28,755 nt of DNA from Octopus sinensis (GCF_006345805.1 NW_021833212.1:1-28755); one strand, 5' to 3'; shown: positions 1 through 12,114, counted from the stretch's first letter. The notes: generated by a model not told the origin, from the letters alone. Program-made: numbers and translations.

Positions 1-100
1 GGACAACAAGGACAGACAAACAGATTAAGTTGATTACATCGACTCTCGTACTCAACTGGTACTTAATTTATCGACCCCGAAAGGATGAAAGGCAAAGTTG
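1..100 (-). mobile_element. SINE family B fragment (central domain and 3' part), cut by the window edge
   Basis: Reverse complement of ...cctttcatcctttcggggtcgataaattaagtaccag...tgtctgtccttgtt seen in the full copies. Confidence 0.8.
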
Positions 101-135
101 ACTATTATTATCATCATCATCACTATTATTATTAA

Positions 136-355
136 GACAGCGTGCTGGCAAAATTGTTAGCATGAGAGGCAGAATGATTAGCAGCATCTTGTCTGTCTAC
201 GTTTTGTATTCAAATTCTGCTGAGGTTGATTTTACCTTTCATCCTTTCAGAGTCAATAAAATAAGTACCAGTTGCATACTGGGGTCAATGTGATCAAATT
301 ACCCTGTCCCCCAAAATTTCAGGCCTTGTACCTTTAGTAGAAAGGATTATTATTA
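136..355 (+). mobile_element. Diverged SINE family B copy with the alternative 3' tail (caaaatttcaggccttg...agtagaaagg(ATT)n)
   Basis: The tRNA-like head and central domain align to family B; the tail differs and ends in (ATT)n. Confidence 0.7.
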
Positions 356-362
356 TTGTTGA

Positions 363-955
363 GGTGGCCAGCTGGCAGAATCATTAGCACACTGGGTGAA
401 ATGCTTAGCGGTATTCTATCTACTGCTACGTTCTGAGTTCAAATTCTGCCAAGGTCGACTTTGTCTTTCATTCTTTTCGAGGTCGATTAAATAAGTACCA
501 GTTACACACTGGGATCGATGTAATCAATTTAATCGTTTGTCCATCCTTGTTTGTCCTCTCTGTGTTTATCCCCTTGTGGGTAGTAAAGAAATAGGTATTT
601 CGTCAGTCTTTATGTTCTGAGTTCAAATTCTGCCGAGGTTGACTTTGCCTTTCATCCTCTCAGGGTCGATTAAATAAGTACCAGTTACGCACTGAGGTCG
701 ATATAATCGACTTAATCCGTTTGTCTGTCCTCTCTGTGTTTAGCCCCTTGTAGGTAGTAAAGAAATAGATATTTCATCTGTTGCTACGTTCTGAGTTCAA
801 ATTCTGCCAAGGTCGACTTTGTCTTTCATTCTTTTTGGGGTCAATGAAATAAGTACCAGTTACACACTAGGGATTGATGTGCTCACCTATCCCCTCCCAC
901 AAATTTTCAGACTTTGTGCTTATAGTAGAAAGGATTATTATTATTATTATTATTA
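363..955 (+). mobile_element. Head-to-tail trimer of SINE family B (363-593, 594-767, 768-955)
   Basis: One head (gctggcagaatcattagc) and three central domains. Junctions are aaagaaata|ggtatttcgtc and aaagaaata|gatatttcatc. The last unit has the (ATT)n tail. Confidence 0.85.
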
Positions 956-1019
956 TACTCCTCCTCCTCCTCCTTCTTCTCCTCAGTACCATCGTTGTCA
1001 TCGTCATCATCATCATCAT

Positions 1020-1051
<32 letters not shown>

Positions 1052-1396
1052 CATTCCTCCTCCTTGTCATCATCATCATCATCACATTCCTCCACCTCCT
1101 CCTCCTCCTCCTCATCATCATCATCATATTCCTCCTCCTCCTTGTCATCATCATCATCATCATCATCATATTCCTCCTCCTCCTTGTCATCGTCAACATC
1201 ATCATCATCATCATCATCACATTCCTCCACCTCCTCCTCCTCCTCCTCCTCATCATCATCATATTCCTCCTCCTCCTTGTCATCATCATCATCATCATCA
1301 TATTCCTCCTCCTCCTTGTCATCGTCATCATCATCATCATCATCACATTCCTCCTCCTCCTCCTCCTCCTCTTCTTCATCATCATCATCATCATCA
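935..1396. repeat. Compound trinucleotide array (ATT)n/(CCT)n/(CAT)n with a higher-order unit
   Basis: Recurrent unit (CAT)n-CAC/CAT-ATT-(CCT)n-TGT; it accounts for five overlapping homopolymer ORFs. Confidence 0.95.
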
Positions 1397-1713
1397 AGTA
1401 CAGTTGTCTGTTATTCTCCAAAAGCACAGTGTCTTTAATTACATTTCCAACCTCTAAGAGTCAACAGAAGATGGGTTTGCTGACCTTTCAACTCTGCTGT
1501 TTAGTAGTTTCACAGATATTAACACAAAGGTTAAGATTGGATAGATGGAGCTGGTATGTCAGTGAGAGAAACAAATGATTGTAACGATGGTAGCAGCCGA
1601 TTATAGGGATGTATATATATATGAACCAGAAAAGGTCAGATGTGCATTAATTACACAAAGGAAAGATTTGTTAGGATACAATAAGAAAAGTAGTTAGCTA
1701 TAGTCAGTTAAAA

Positions 1714-2271
1714 CCTGTGTTTCTCAGCCAGGGTCCATATGACCTCTAGAGGTCGATATAAGAATTTTTAGAGTCCACACAAGCAAAATAGTAAAATAGT
1801 AAATGGATGGAAGCACTCCGTCGGTTACGACGACGAGGGTTCCAGTTGATCTGAATCAATGGAACAGCCTGCTCATGAAATTAACATGTAAGTGGCTGAG
1901 CACTCCACAGACACGTGTACCCTTAACGCAGTTCTCGGGGATATTCAGCGTGACACAGAGAGTGACAAGGCCGGCCCTTTGAAATACAGGTACAACAGAA
2001 ACAGGAAGTAAGAGTGAGAGAAAGTTGTGGTGAAAGAGTACAGCAGGGATCACCACCATCCCCTGCCGGAGCCTCGTAGAACTTTTAGGTGTTTTCGCTC
2101 AATAAACACTCACAACGCCCGGTCTGGGAATCGAAACCGCGATCCTATGACCGCGAGTCCGCTGCCCTAACCACTAGGCCATTGCGCCTCCACAAAATAG
2201 TAAATACACAGTAGTCAATTAAAGGTCCCTAAAACAATTTTGCTTTAGATGTGGTAATGGCGAGAAACAGG
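1714..2271. mobile_element. Possible degenerate hAT-like MITE interrupted by a SINE
   Basis: Ends cctgtgtttctc...gagaaacagg are imperfect inverted repeats resembling CAGTGTTTCTC termini. No clean 8-bp TSD seen. Confidence 0.35.
1805..2193 (-). mobile_element. tRNA-derived SINE family A, full length
   Basis: Head GTGGAGGCGCAATGGCCTAGTGGTTAGG...GGTTTCGATTCCC (A-box- and B-box-like). Perfect 12-bp TSD aaaatagtaaat at 1793-1804 and 2194-2205. Near-identical copies at 3005 and 16276. Confidence 0.92.
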
Positions 2272-2394
2272 TTTCTTTAATGTTTTTACATAGTTTAAGC
2301 TGTACAAGTTAATGTGTGAAAATACAAAATAGGAATTTTGAAAGAAGTTTCTATAAACATGCATATATATTTTTTTGTTGGCGTGTATACATAC

Positions 2395-2927
2395 TCTTTA
2401 CTCTTTTACTCTCTTTTACTTGTTTCAGTCATTTGACTGCAGCCATGCTGGAGCACCGCCTTTAGTCGAGCAAATCGACCCCGGGACTTATTCTTTGTAA
2501 GCCCAGTACTTATTCTATCGGTCTCTTTTGCCGAACCGCTAAGTGACGGGGGACGTAAACACATCAGCATCGGTTGTCAAGCAATGCTAGGGGGACAAAC
2601 ACAGACACACAAACACACACTACCTTCATCATCATCATCATCATCATCATCATCGTTTAGCGTCCGATGATGATGATGATGATGTGTGTGTGTGTTTGTG
2701 TGTCTGTGTTTGTACCCTAGCATTGCTTGACAACAGATGCTTACATATATATATACATATATACGACAGGCTTCTTTCAGTTTCCGTCTACCAAATCCAC
2801 TCACAAGGCATTGGTCGGCCCGGGGCTATAGCAGAAGACACTTGCCCAAGATGCCACACTGTGGAACTGAACCTGGAACCATGTGGTTGGCTAGCAAGCT
2901 ACTTACCACACAGCCACTCCTGCGCCT
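2395..2927 (-). mobile_element. tRNA-derived SINE family C (CORE-like motif) with an internal fold-back insertion
   Basis: Head AGGCGCAGGAGTGGCTGTGTGG, CORE-like CTTGGGCAAGTGTCTT, internal (TA)/(GT) tract and (GTAAAAGA)n tail. Confidence 0.88.
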
Positions 2928-3004
2928 ATATATATGTATTTTATATATCAAACCCAAACTGTTGCATTTAATTTGTTTATCTGCATAATTGCCCCCATAT
3001 CTGC

Positions 3005-3220
3005 TTGAAATACAGGTACAACGGAAACAGGAAGTAAGAGTGAGAGAAAGTTGTGGTGAAAGAGTACAGCAGGGATCACCACCATCCCCTGCCGGAGCCT
3101 CATGGAGCTTTTTAGGTGTTTTCGCTCAATAAACACTCACAACGCCCGGTCTGGGAATTGAAACCGCGATCCTATGACCGAGAGTCCGCTGCCCTAACCA
3201 CTGGGCCATTGCGCCTCCAC
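3005..3220 (-). mobile_element. SINE family A, 3'-truncated copy
   Basis: Aligns to 1979-2193. Confidence 0.9.
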
Positions 3221-3251
3221 TAATTATGTATACATATATTTATATGTGATA

Positions 3252-3282
<31 letters not shown>

Positions 3283-3597
3283 TTCTAAGCTATATCTGTT
3301 GAGTTTCAGATGCTCTTTATTTCACATTTTCATTTTTTTTTTGTTTCTATTTAGTTTCATTAACAGACATTTTAAACAAGATTACCCTTATACTCTCTTC
3401 TTCCTTCTGCTTTTATATTCTGTGATTCTTAAAAATAGTTCTGCCACCTTCTTCAGTGTCTATAGACAGAAGAACCATCATTAGGCTTGCCTTGCAAAAA
3501 AGATTTAAAGATGCTAGCAGGAATTAGGCGAGAAAGAACATTGACTGTTGATGCCAGTCTGAGGAGAAGTAGGCTGATTGTGCTTGTATCAAATTAC

Positions 3598-3788
3598 TCA
3601 TACATACATACATACATACATACATACATACATACATACATACATGTGTATGTGTGTATGTGTGTCTATATATTTATATTTATGTACACAAATACATACA
3701 TACATATATACATATATATATACATACATACATACGTGTACACACAAATAAATATATCATGCTCAAAAATGCATGTACATACACATAC

Positions 3789-3839
<51 letters not shown>

Positions 3840-4008
3840 TATATACTATATATAACATACACACAGATTATATATATACATACATGAATGCATACATACA
3901 GACACATACATACATAAATACACACAATACATACATACATACATAAATACATATACATATATATATATATATATTATATATATATATATATACATAATAT
4001 ATACATAC

Positions 4009-4039
<31 letters not shown>

Positions 4040-4130
4040 ATATATATATACATACATATATATATATATAGATATATATATATATATATAGATATACATA
4101 TATATATATATATACATATATATATAAAAC

Positions 4131-4172
<42 letters not shown>

Positions 4173-4183
4173 TATATATATCT

Positions 4184-4228
<45 letters not shown>

Positions 4229-4265
4229 TATATATATACACACATATATATATATATATATATAT
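3598..4265. repeat. (TACA)n and long imperfect (TA)n microsatellite block
   Basis: Direct reading; the source of the YI-repeat ORFs. Confidence 0.95.
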
Positions 4266-4426
4266 TTCTATACATCAAGCCGGTGTGGTGCCACAATGGA
4301 TTACCATTTAGTTTTTGGTTAAATATATAATTTTTCTAACTCGTTTCTTTTTCCACCAGCCATTCTTGCTCAGCAGTCAGTCACCGCCTAGTGCAATTTT
4401 GGGTAAATTTTCTTTTTCTTTTTAAA

Positions 4427-4457
<31 letters not shown>

Positions 4458-4659
4458 GCATGTGAGTATGTGTGTCTGGGTGTGCGCATTTGTACTTCTT
4501 ACTTGGTATAATTTTTAGATCATAACACCATTATTTTGGGGTTGCTTTCCTATCTTTTCTCCTTTGCACTTTTTCATAAAGCATTTTTTAAAAAAATAAT
4601 TCGTCTCTCTCTCTCTCTCTCCTTTTCTGTCAGGAATTCATATGTTAATATATATGCAT

Positions 4660-4676
4660 GTATATCTGTCTATCTA

Positions 4677-4721
<45 letters not shown>

Positions 4722-4722
4722 A

Positions 4723-4778
<56 letters not shown>

Positions 4779-4796
4779 AATCTATCTATCTATCTA

Positions 4797-4830
<34 letters not shown>

Positions 4831-4831
4831 A

Positions 4832-4879
<48 letters not shown>

Positions 4880-4917
4880 GTCTGTCTGTCTGTCTGCCTG
4901 TCTGTCTGTCTGTCTGG

Positions 4918-4964
<47 letters not shown>

Positions 4965-5006
4965 CCTACCTACCTATCTATCTATCTATATCTATCTATC
5001 TATCTA

Positions 5007-5043
<37 letters not shown>

Positions 5044-5044
5044 A

Positions 5045-5125
<81 letters not shown>

Positions 5126-5150
5126 GGCTATCTATCTATCTTTCTATCTT
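4660..5150. repeat. Compound (CTAT)n/(CTGT)n tetranucleotide array
   Basis: Direct reading; the source of the SIYL/SVCL ORFs. Confidence 0.95.
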
Positions 5151-5903
5151 TCCATATACACACACACATGCATATAATCTCATATTTTGGCACATATATA
5201 TTCTCATCTATGTACAGAGAAGAGACACACCCACACATGCATGTGCATACATATATGCACATGTGTGTATCTTTTTCTCTCTCTCTCTCTCTCTCATATA
5301 TGTGTGTGTGTGTGCATGTGTATATGTGTGTGAGCATGTATGTATGTGTGTGCGTTTGCTTATATGCATACATTTAAACATAGACATACATGCATAACCA
5401 TAAAAATTATTTTTATAAATGTAATAGAAGCACACACACACACACACACATACATACACATACACACACACATACACATACACATACACACACACAAATA
5501 TATATACATACATTCCAAATTGCATTATAGACATATATATTACATACATATATGTCAGTAATCCCTCCCCCCCCACACAGTTAGATGTGCACAAAAAAAT
5601 AACTATATAAGGCTGTCTCTTTCAATGCCTCTATATACATCTGGACTCCTCCTTCTTATCTATACACCCTCTTCTGTAAATGTACCCCCGTCATCCATAG
5701 ACACATATTTTTAAATTGCAACGCTCTTAAGTTTTTAAAAGACTTGTCTACTACATATGTGACACTAGGCTATAGTTTACAGCAGAAATGACTGTGGCCT
5801 AAATCACACACACATACCACAATCATAAAGACACACACACACACACACATACACACACAAGCATGCACACAAACACACACAATTTAATAAGAGTGTACAG
5901 TAT

Positions 5904-6326
5904 AGGCGCAGGAGTGGCTCTGTGGTAAGTAGTTTGTTTACCAACCACATGGTTCCGGGTTCAGTCCGACTGCATGACACCTTGGGCAAGTGTCTTCTAC
6001 TATAGCCTCGGGCCGACCAAAGTCTTGTGAGTGGATTTGGTAGACGGAAACTGAAAGAAGCCCGTCGTATATATGTATATATATATATATATATGCGTGT
6101 GTGTGTTTGTGTGAGTGTGTTTGTCCCCCTAGCATTGCTTGACAACTGATGCTGGTGTGTTTATGTCCCCGTTACTTAGCAGTTCGGCAAAAGAGACCGA
6201 TAGAATAAGTACTGGGCTTACAAAAGAATAAGTCCCGGTGTCGAGTTGCTCGATTAAAAGTGGTGCTCCAGCATGGCCACAGTCAAATGACTGAAACAAG
6301 TAAAAGAGTAAAAGAGTAAAAGAGTA
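5904..6326 (+). mobile_element. SINE family C, full length
   Basis: Head aggcgcaggagtggc, CORE-like cttgggcaagtgtctt, internal TA/GT tract and (gtaaaaga)3 tail. Confidence 0.92.
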
Positions 6327-6553
6327 TTATAGATCCATTACAGCCAATCTTAGAAATCAGTTTCACACCAGATATCAGGTGTAAAAGCACTCAACATTAT
6401 ATCGTTTATAGAGGAAAATTATTTGCTATGGTCACCAGAACTGACAGATCACATGATTTCACCCTGCTACGGGTTCCTCAGTGACAGATGTCCTGCAAAA
6501 GCATAACAGCCAAATTTCCCATCTACAATATATAGAATCTTGGTGTCTATTAA

Positions 6554-6752
6554 CCCTTTCATTACTGTATTATTTTGAGATGCTCTGTGTTTCATTCAGT
6601 TAATTTTAAATATAACAAAGAATTTAGTAAAAGAACTTAGTTATCATTAAATTAGTGTTGGGAGCATAAATTGTGATTAAGGTTTTGTGGAAGATTTTAA
6701 CATTTGTACTACAGAGCCAGAGGCGGTTTTGGCCAGGTTGGTATCAAAAGGG
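6554..6752. mobile_element. piggyBac-like MITE
   Basis: TTAA|CCCTTT...AAAGGG|TTAA, with TTAA at 6550-6553 and 6753-6756; non-coding. Confidence 0.75.
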
Positions 6753-6893
6753 TTAAGGTACTGGTGTCACAAACAGCCAGTGGGATCATTGAAAAATAAT
6801 TGACAGAAGCAGTATCAATGCCAAAAGATATCCGTGAAGAATTAATACCAAAATATAATGTGATGGTTATGCCAGAACACAGAATACTATATA

Positions 6894-7124
6894 TATTTCT
6901 TTACTACCCACAAGGGGCTAAACACAGAGGGGACAAACAAGGACAGACAAAGGGATTAAGTCGATTACATCGACCCCAGTGTGTAACTGGTACTTAATTT
7001 ATCAACCCCGAAAGGATGAAAGGCAAAGTCGACCTCGGCGGAATTTGAACCCAGAACATAACGGCAGATGAAATACGGCTACGCATTTCGCCCGGCGTGC
7101 TAACGTTTCTGCCATCTCGCCGCC
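6894..7124 (-). mobile_element. SINE family B, full length
   Basis: Complete head, central domain and aaagaaata tail; atactata is repeated on both flanks. Confidence 0.92.
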
Positions 7125-7467
7125 TTCCTAATACTATATAAGAATACTATATAAGTTACCTAGAAAGGATCTCTCATAAAGACTCATGGTTCATAAAAAA
7201 ACTTGACAATATATTGTTGCCAGATGAGAATTGTCTGCTACAGACACCATAACTGCCAGATCATGTGACTTCTGTGTTTTAACTCAACCGCCATATTAAG
7301 TTGGGGATCAAGATTACCATTTGCTTTTAATAATGCTTTTGTTGCAATTAATTATTTTGTATTGATTATTTTGATGATGTTGATGACGATAATGATCATG
7401 AACTTAGTACAATTTATGTGATATATTATTGTTTAGTGATCCTGTTAAGATTTAGAGTTAAGTTTAA

Positions 7468-7688
7468 CCCCTTAGCATTTAAACCGGCCATATCCGGCCA
7501 AAAGTATTCTGCCTGTTTTATGTTCAAACTGGTCAGATCTGGTCTCTCACACCAACCCTACAATATCGTTTTAAAAATTAACAGCTACCTCATCAAAATC
7601 TCACAGCTACAAGATAATGCATGATTAGTTCAAAACAAAGTGGATGAAGAAGCATTAATTTTGGCAGAATAATGCGAACACTAAAGGG
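7468..7688. mobile_element. piggyBac-like MITE (second family)
   Basis: TTAA|CCCCTTAG...CTAAAGGG|TTAA. Related copies at 13305-13538 (inverted) and 21039-21250. Confidence 0.8.
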
Positions 7689-8017
7689 TTAAAGTACTGA
7701 GTAGGATATAGGGGTTATGGTTCAGAATAAGTTATGAGTTAAATTTAGGGGCTGAGTTTTGAGTTAGGTTTAGGGGTTAAGATTTGGCTTGAATTTCAAG
7801 AGGCTGAGATTTTTTTAATTACATAAATCTTAGAATATTTAAATACAAAAAAATAGGAAAGAAGAGAAGTAAGAAAGGGAAAAAAGAAAAGGAAAAAAGT
7901 GTAGGGGGTAAAGCAATGGAAGATGGAGGGGGAAGGGATGACGGGTCACATACCCCAGATCAAATGGTGTGCTCAGCTGTGCCCTGTGTTAATGACTGCG
8001 ATGGTGTTGCTGTAGAG

Positions 8018-8216
8018 CAGTGGTTTTCAACCAGGGTTCCGCCAGTACAGTCCAGGGGTTCCGCAAGAAGTTACAAAACTGCTAAAATTGGCAGTAATTT
8101 TTAATTCTCCTGTGCAGATATGTGTGCATAAGACTATTAAATTATTGCACGGGTTCCTCGAGCCAGTGGAATGTTTTCTTGGGGTTCCACTCCAGCAAAA
8201 AGTTTGAAAAGCACTG
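8018..8216. mobile_element. hAT (Charlie-like) MITE
   Basis: TIRs CAGTGGTTTTCAA / TTGAAAAGCACTG. Perfect 8-bp TSD CTGTAGAG (8010-8017, 8217-8224) with a central TA, as is typical of hAT-Charlie. Confidence 0.9.
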
Positions 8217-8483
8217 CTGTAGAGAATGACCAGTATTATTGCAGTAGTCATTCCATCTTTTGGGGCTCATTTCTCTGACAGGCTGTCATTATCCCTAGTT
8301 CTGTGGAGGAAATCAGTTGTAATACGAGGTTTCTAGAACACCTGATGTGTCAATGGTAACCAACACAAACTGATAGCGGCTGGCCAGGCCTCTGTATTTA
8401 TTGATTTTTTGCTGCTCCGCATTACAGGCAGACACACCCAGGTTTGCAGTCAATGCTGCAACACTGGAGCCAGAAAATGTGTC

Positions 8484-8955
8484 GGCTAGCTGGCAGAAAT
8501 GTTAGCACATCAGGGGAAATGCTTAGCGGTATGTCATCTAAGGTGGCGAGCTGGCAGAAACGTTAGCACGTCACACGAAATGCTTAGCCGTATTTCGTCT
8601 GCGTTGTGAGTTCAAATTCCGCCGAGGTCGACTTTGCCTTTCATCCTTTCGGGGTCGATAAATTAAGTACCAGTTACGCACTGGGGTCGATGAAATCGAC
8701 ATAATACCTATGTCTGTCCTTGTTTGTCCCCTCTGTGTTTAGCCCCTTGTGGGTAATAAAGAAATAGGTATGTCATCTGCTGTTACGTTCTGAGTTCAAA
8801 TTTCGCCGAGGTCGACTTTGCCTTTCATCTTTTCATGGTCGATAAATTAGGTACCAGTTACTCACTGCGTTCAATGTAATCAATTTAATCTCCTTGTCTG
8901 TCCTTGTTTGTCCCCTCTATGTTTAGTCCCTTGTGGGCAATAAAGAAATAAGAAA
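8484..8955 (+). mobile_element. Nested SINE family B: full copy 8542-8766 inserted in an older same-strand copy
   Basis: Two heads. 12-bp TSD ggtatgtcatct at 8528-8539 and 8767-8778. Confidence 0.9.
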
Positions 8956-9543
8956 ATGTGTCATTGCATGTCTGACATCAGAAAGATGAAAAACAAAGCT
9001 GACCTCATCAGGATTTGATCTCAGGACCTCTCCATCTGATTGATGCTCTACTGACTCTGCCAGCTCACCACCCCACCTTGATGACGTAACTTGCTCCTTA
9101 GGTTTAAATATAAATGATGATGGTTATGGTGAGGGGATAAGGGGAACAAGGGGAAAAAGGGGACAAAGGGACAAAGGGACAAGGCCATAGTCAGGTTTTC
9201 TTTAAAGTAACAAAGTAGGATCTACTTCTGTCTCTCTGGTCCCTTTTATATTTTGTACTACAAACATTTTTATATTCCCTTCCCACTCACCCGGGGGGGG
9301 GGTCTCTTTTTTTTCTTTACTCAGGACACATAGGAGAGAGGAGTATGGTGATGGTGGGGAATAAGGAGGAGTGGGAGGAGCCGAGCATCTGCAGTGATGG
9401 GGGGGGGAAGACAGTGAGATTGTGGATAGGTTGTGACTGAATGAAGAGGAGTGGGAGTAGGTGACAATAACCAGGTTGTGGGGAGAGTATCAAACAACAG
9501 TGAAACCACCACCACCACACACACACACACACACACATACATA

Positions 9544-9955
9544 TACTCTTTTCCTCTTTTACTCTTTTACTTGTTTCAGTCAGTTGACTGCGGCCATGCT
9601 GGAGCACCGCCTTTAGTCGAGCAACTCGACCCCGGGACTTATTCTTTGTAAGCCCAGTACTTATTCTATAGGTTTCTTTTGCCGAACTGCTAAGTGACGG
9701 GGACATAACACACCAGCATTGGTTGTCAAGCAATGCTAGGGGGACAAACACAGACACACAAACACACTCACATATATATACATACATATATATGACAGGC
9801 TTCTTTCAGTTTCTGTCCACCAAATCCACTCACAAGGCTTTGGTCAGCCCGAGGCTATAGTAGAAGACACTTGCCCAAGGTGCCACGCAGTGGGGCTGAA
9901 CCTGGAACCATGTGGTTGGTAAGCAAGCTACTTACCACACAGCCACTCCTGCGCC

Positions 9956-9956
<1 letters not shown>
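9544..9956 (-). mobile_element. SINE family C, full length
   Basis: Reverse complement aligns to 5904-6326. Confidence 0.92.
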
Positions 9957-9987
<31 letters not shown>

Positions 9988-10878
9988 ACATGTATGTATA
10001 TATGTTTATGTGTATCTTTGTATCTATGTTTGCCCCCATCTACTGCTTGACAAGTGGTGATCGTTTATATCCTTGTAACTTTGAGTTCAACAAAAGAGGG
10101 ACTGATATAATAAGTACCAGTCCTGGGGTCAATTTGTTCAACTAATCCCCTTTAATCTGATGCTCCAGCATGGCCACAGTCCAATGAGTGAACCGAGTAA
10201 AATAATTATTAAAATGATAAAATATCACCTGATGGGAAGGGGCAGAAAGTGAACAGGGGTTTGGTTACTATGACAACAGCATATGTTCTTTCACCTGACT
10301 TGAAGTCAAGAAATAGGGGCTGCAGCAGGGAATTGGGTTGGAGGTGTTTCAGCAGAGCCCTTTAGGGGGTTAGCAGATGTGTTCTGAAATGCTATTAGGT
10401 ACATTAGGGGTCTCCACAGCTCCCTAAATATGTGCTTGTGTGTGTGTGTGTAATAATTTTTAAGAACATTTTCTATCAAAATTTTGTGACCGTAACAAGA
10501 ATCTTTTGCAAAAAGTGGAAACAACCAGAGGTCAATAACAAGAAAGACAGCCGGCATGAGAGGCATTGACTATTGGGGTCAACTAAAAAAAACTCAATCT
10601 TTACTCCTTCTAATGCCGCCAGGACTGCTACACCATTTGTGTGATGTGGAAAATATTCCATTAATATTCCATAAATGATGTTGGCATCAATTTTAAAATC
10701 CATCCTAGATTTGGCCCCTGTACTATCGAACTCAGCACACATAGCAACATTACATCACAATATATATATATATATATATTTACATACATATACATACATA
10801 CATGCATATATGCACATATATATATATATATATATGTTTGATTGATTTAAGTATGTTTCTCCATTTTCTAATTTTGTA

Positions 10879-10918
<40 letters not shown>

Positions 10919-10979
10919 TATATATATACATATATATACACATATATATACACATATACATATATATATGCATATACAT

Positions 10980-11379
10980 AGGCGTAGGAGTGGCTGTGTG
11001 GTAAGTAGCTTGCTTACGAACCACATGGTTCCGGGTTCAGTCCCATTGCATAGCACCTTGGGCAAGTGTCTTCTACTATAGCCACGGGCTGACCAAAGCC
11101 TTGTGAGTGGATTTGGTAGACGGAAACTGAAAGAAGCCTGTCGTATATATGTATATATGTATATATATATGTGTGTATGTTTGTGTGTTGTGTTTGCCCC
11201 CCCTCCCCCAACATCGCTCGACAACCGATGCTGGTGTGTTTACGTCCCCGTAACTTAGCGGTTCAGAAAAAGAGACTGATGGAATAAGTACTAGGCTTAC
11301 AAAGAATAAGTCCTGGGGTCGATTTCCTTAACTAAAAGCGGCGCTCCAGCATGGCCACAGTCAAATGACTGAAACAAGT
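10980..11379 (+). mobile_element. SINE family C, full length
   Basis: Aligns to 5904-6326. Confidence 0.92.
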
Positions 11380-11418
11380 CAATAAATAAATGAAGAAATG
11401 AATACATACATACATACA

Positions 11419-11454
<36 letters not shown>

Positions 11455-11462
11455 TATATATA

Positions 11463-12114
11463 CAAGGAGTTGCTGAAAAGTTCTGGGCTTTAGGAAAATT
11501 AAAATAGAAGAGGATCAGTTAATGATGATTTTTTTCAACATATAGACCCCTCAGATTCATACACTTATTGCAGCAGTCCTTCCAGTTTTCTAAGATCTGT
11601 AAAAGAATTTGGAAAGTTGGGCCTCCAAGCAGGCCTTTCAGGATACCTATTTCTTTACTACCCACAAGGGGCTAAGCATAGAGGGGACAAACAAGGACAG
11701 ACAAATGGATTAAATCGATCATATCGACCCCAGTGCGTAACTGGTACTTATTTAATCGACCCCGAAAGGATGAAGGGCAAAGTCGACCTCGGCGGAATTT
11801 GAACTCAGAACGTAGCAGCAGACGAAATACCTATTTCTTTATTACCCACAAGGGGCTAAACACAGAGGGGACAAACAAGGACAGACAAACGGATTAAATC
11901 GATTATATCGACCCCCAGTGCATAACTGGTACTTATTTAATCGACCCTGAAAGGATGAAAGGCAAAGTCGACCTCAGTGGAATTTGAACTCAGAACGTAG
12001 CAGCAGACGAAATACCGCTAAACATTTCGCCCAGCATGCTACCGATTCTGCCAGCTCACCGCCTTAAGGCCTTTCAGAATACCCTTAAAGTCAGAACTTT
12101 TTAACAATCCCTCA
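11463..12114. mobile_element. mariner-like MITE interrupted by a SINE dimer
   Basis: TA|caaggagttgctgaaaagttct ... agaactttttaacaatccctca are imperfect TIRs of about 22 bp. Confidence 0.65.
11648..12063 (-). mobile_element. SINE family B dimer (one head, two bodies and tails)
   Basis: 16-bp TSD ggcctttcag(g/a)atacc at 11632-11647 and 12068-12083. Internal junction aaagaaata|ggtatttcgtc at 11831/11832. Confidence 0.9.

Noticed and set aside
1455-1551. Exon-like plus-strand patch ending at a strong-looking donor (CTG|GTATGT)
   Set aside because: No clear acceptor and frame combination giving a recognisable peptide.
819-1578. Long ORFs (poly-His/Pro, poly-Ile/Leu, poly-Ser, poly-Met/Arg, poly-Asp/Glu)
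   Set aside because: All are frames of one trinucleotide array, with no unique domain and no credible start context.
1805-2193. tRNA-like heads of the SINEs as possible tRNA genes
   Set aside because: A and B boxes are present, but the heads run into SINE bodies with TSDs and I could not fold a complete cloverleaf.
1856-3136. Recurrent ORF MVVIPAVLFHHNFLSLLL... (also 16323-16575)
   Set aside because: It recurs only because it lies within SINE family A copies, which are non-coding.
3487-5594. YI-, SIYL- and SVCL-repeat ORFs (also 12629-13304, 19537-19813, 22018-22239)
   Set aside because: Translations of TA, CTAT/CTGT, GT and GGAT microsatellites.
7725-7790. TTAGGG-like degenerate repeats
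   Set aside because: Too few and too degenerate to call an interstitial telomere.
8347-8360. Second X-box-like sequence GTGTCAATGGTAAC
   Set aside because: Two mismatches in the left half-site; expected by chance.
10476-10742. 88-aa minus-strand ORF MCAEFDSTGAKSRMDFK... in non-repeat sequence
   Set aside because: No resemblance to the missing ARMC4 exons or to any family I recognise, and no convincing splice sites. A blastx search would settle it.
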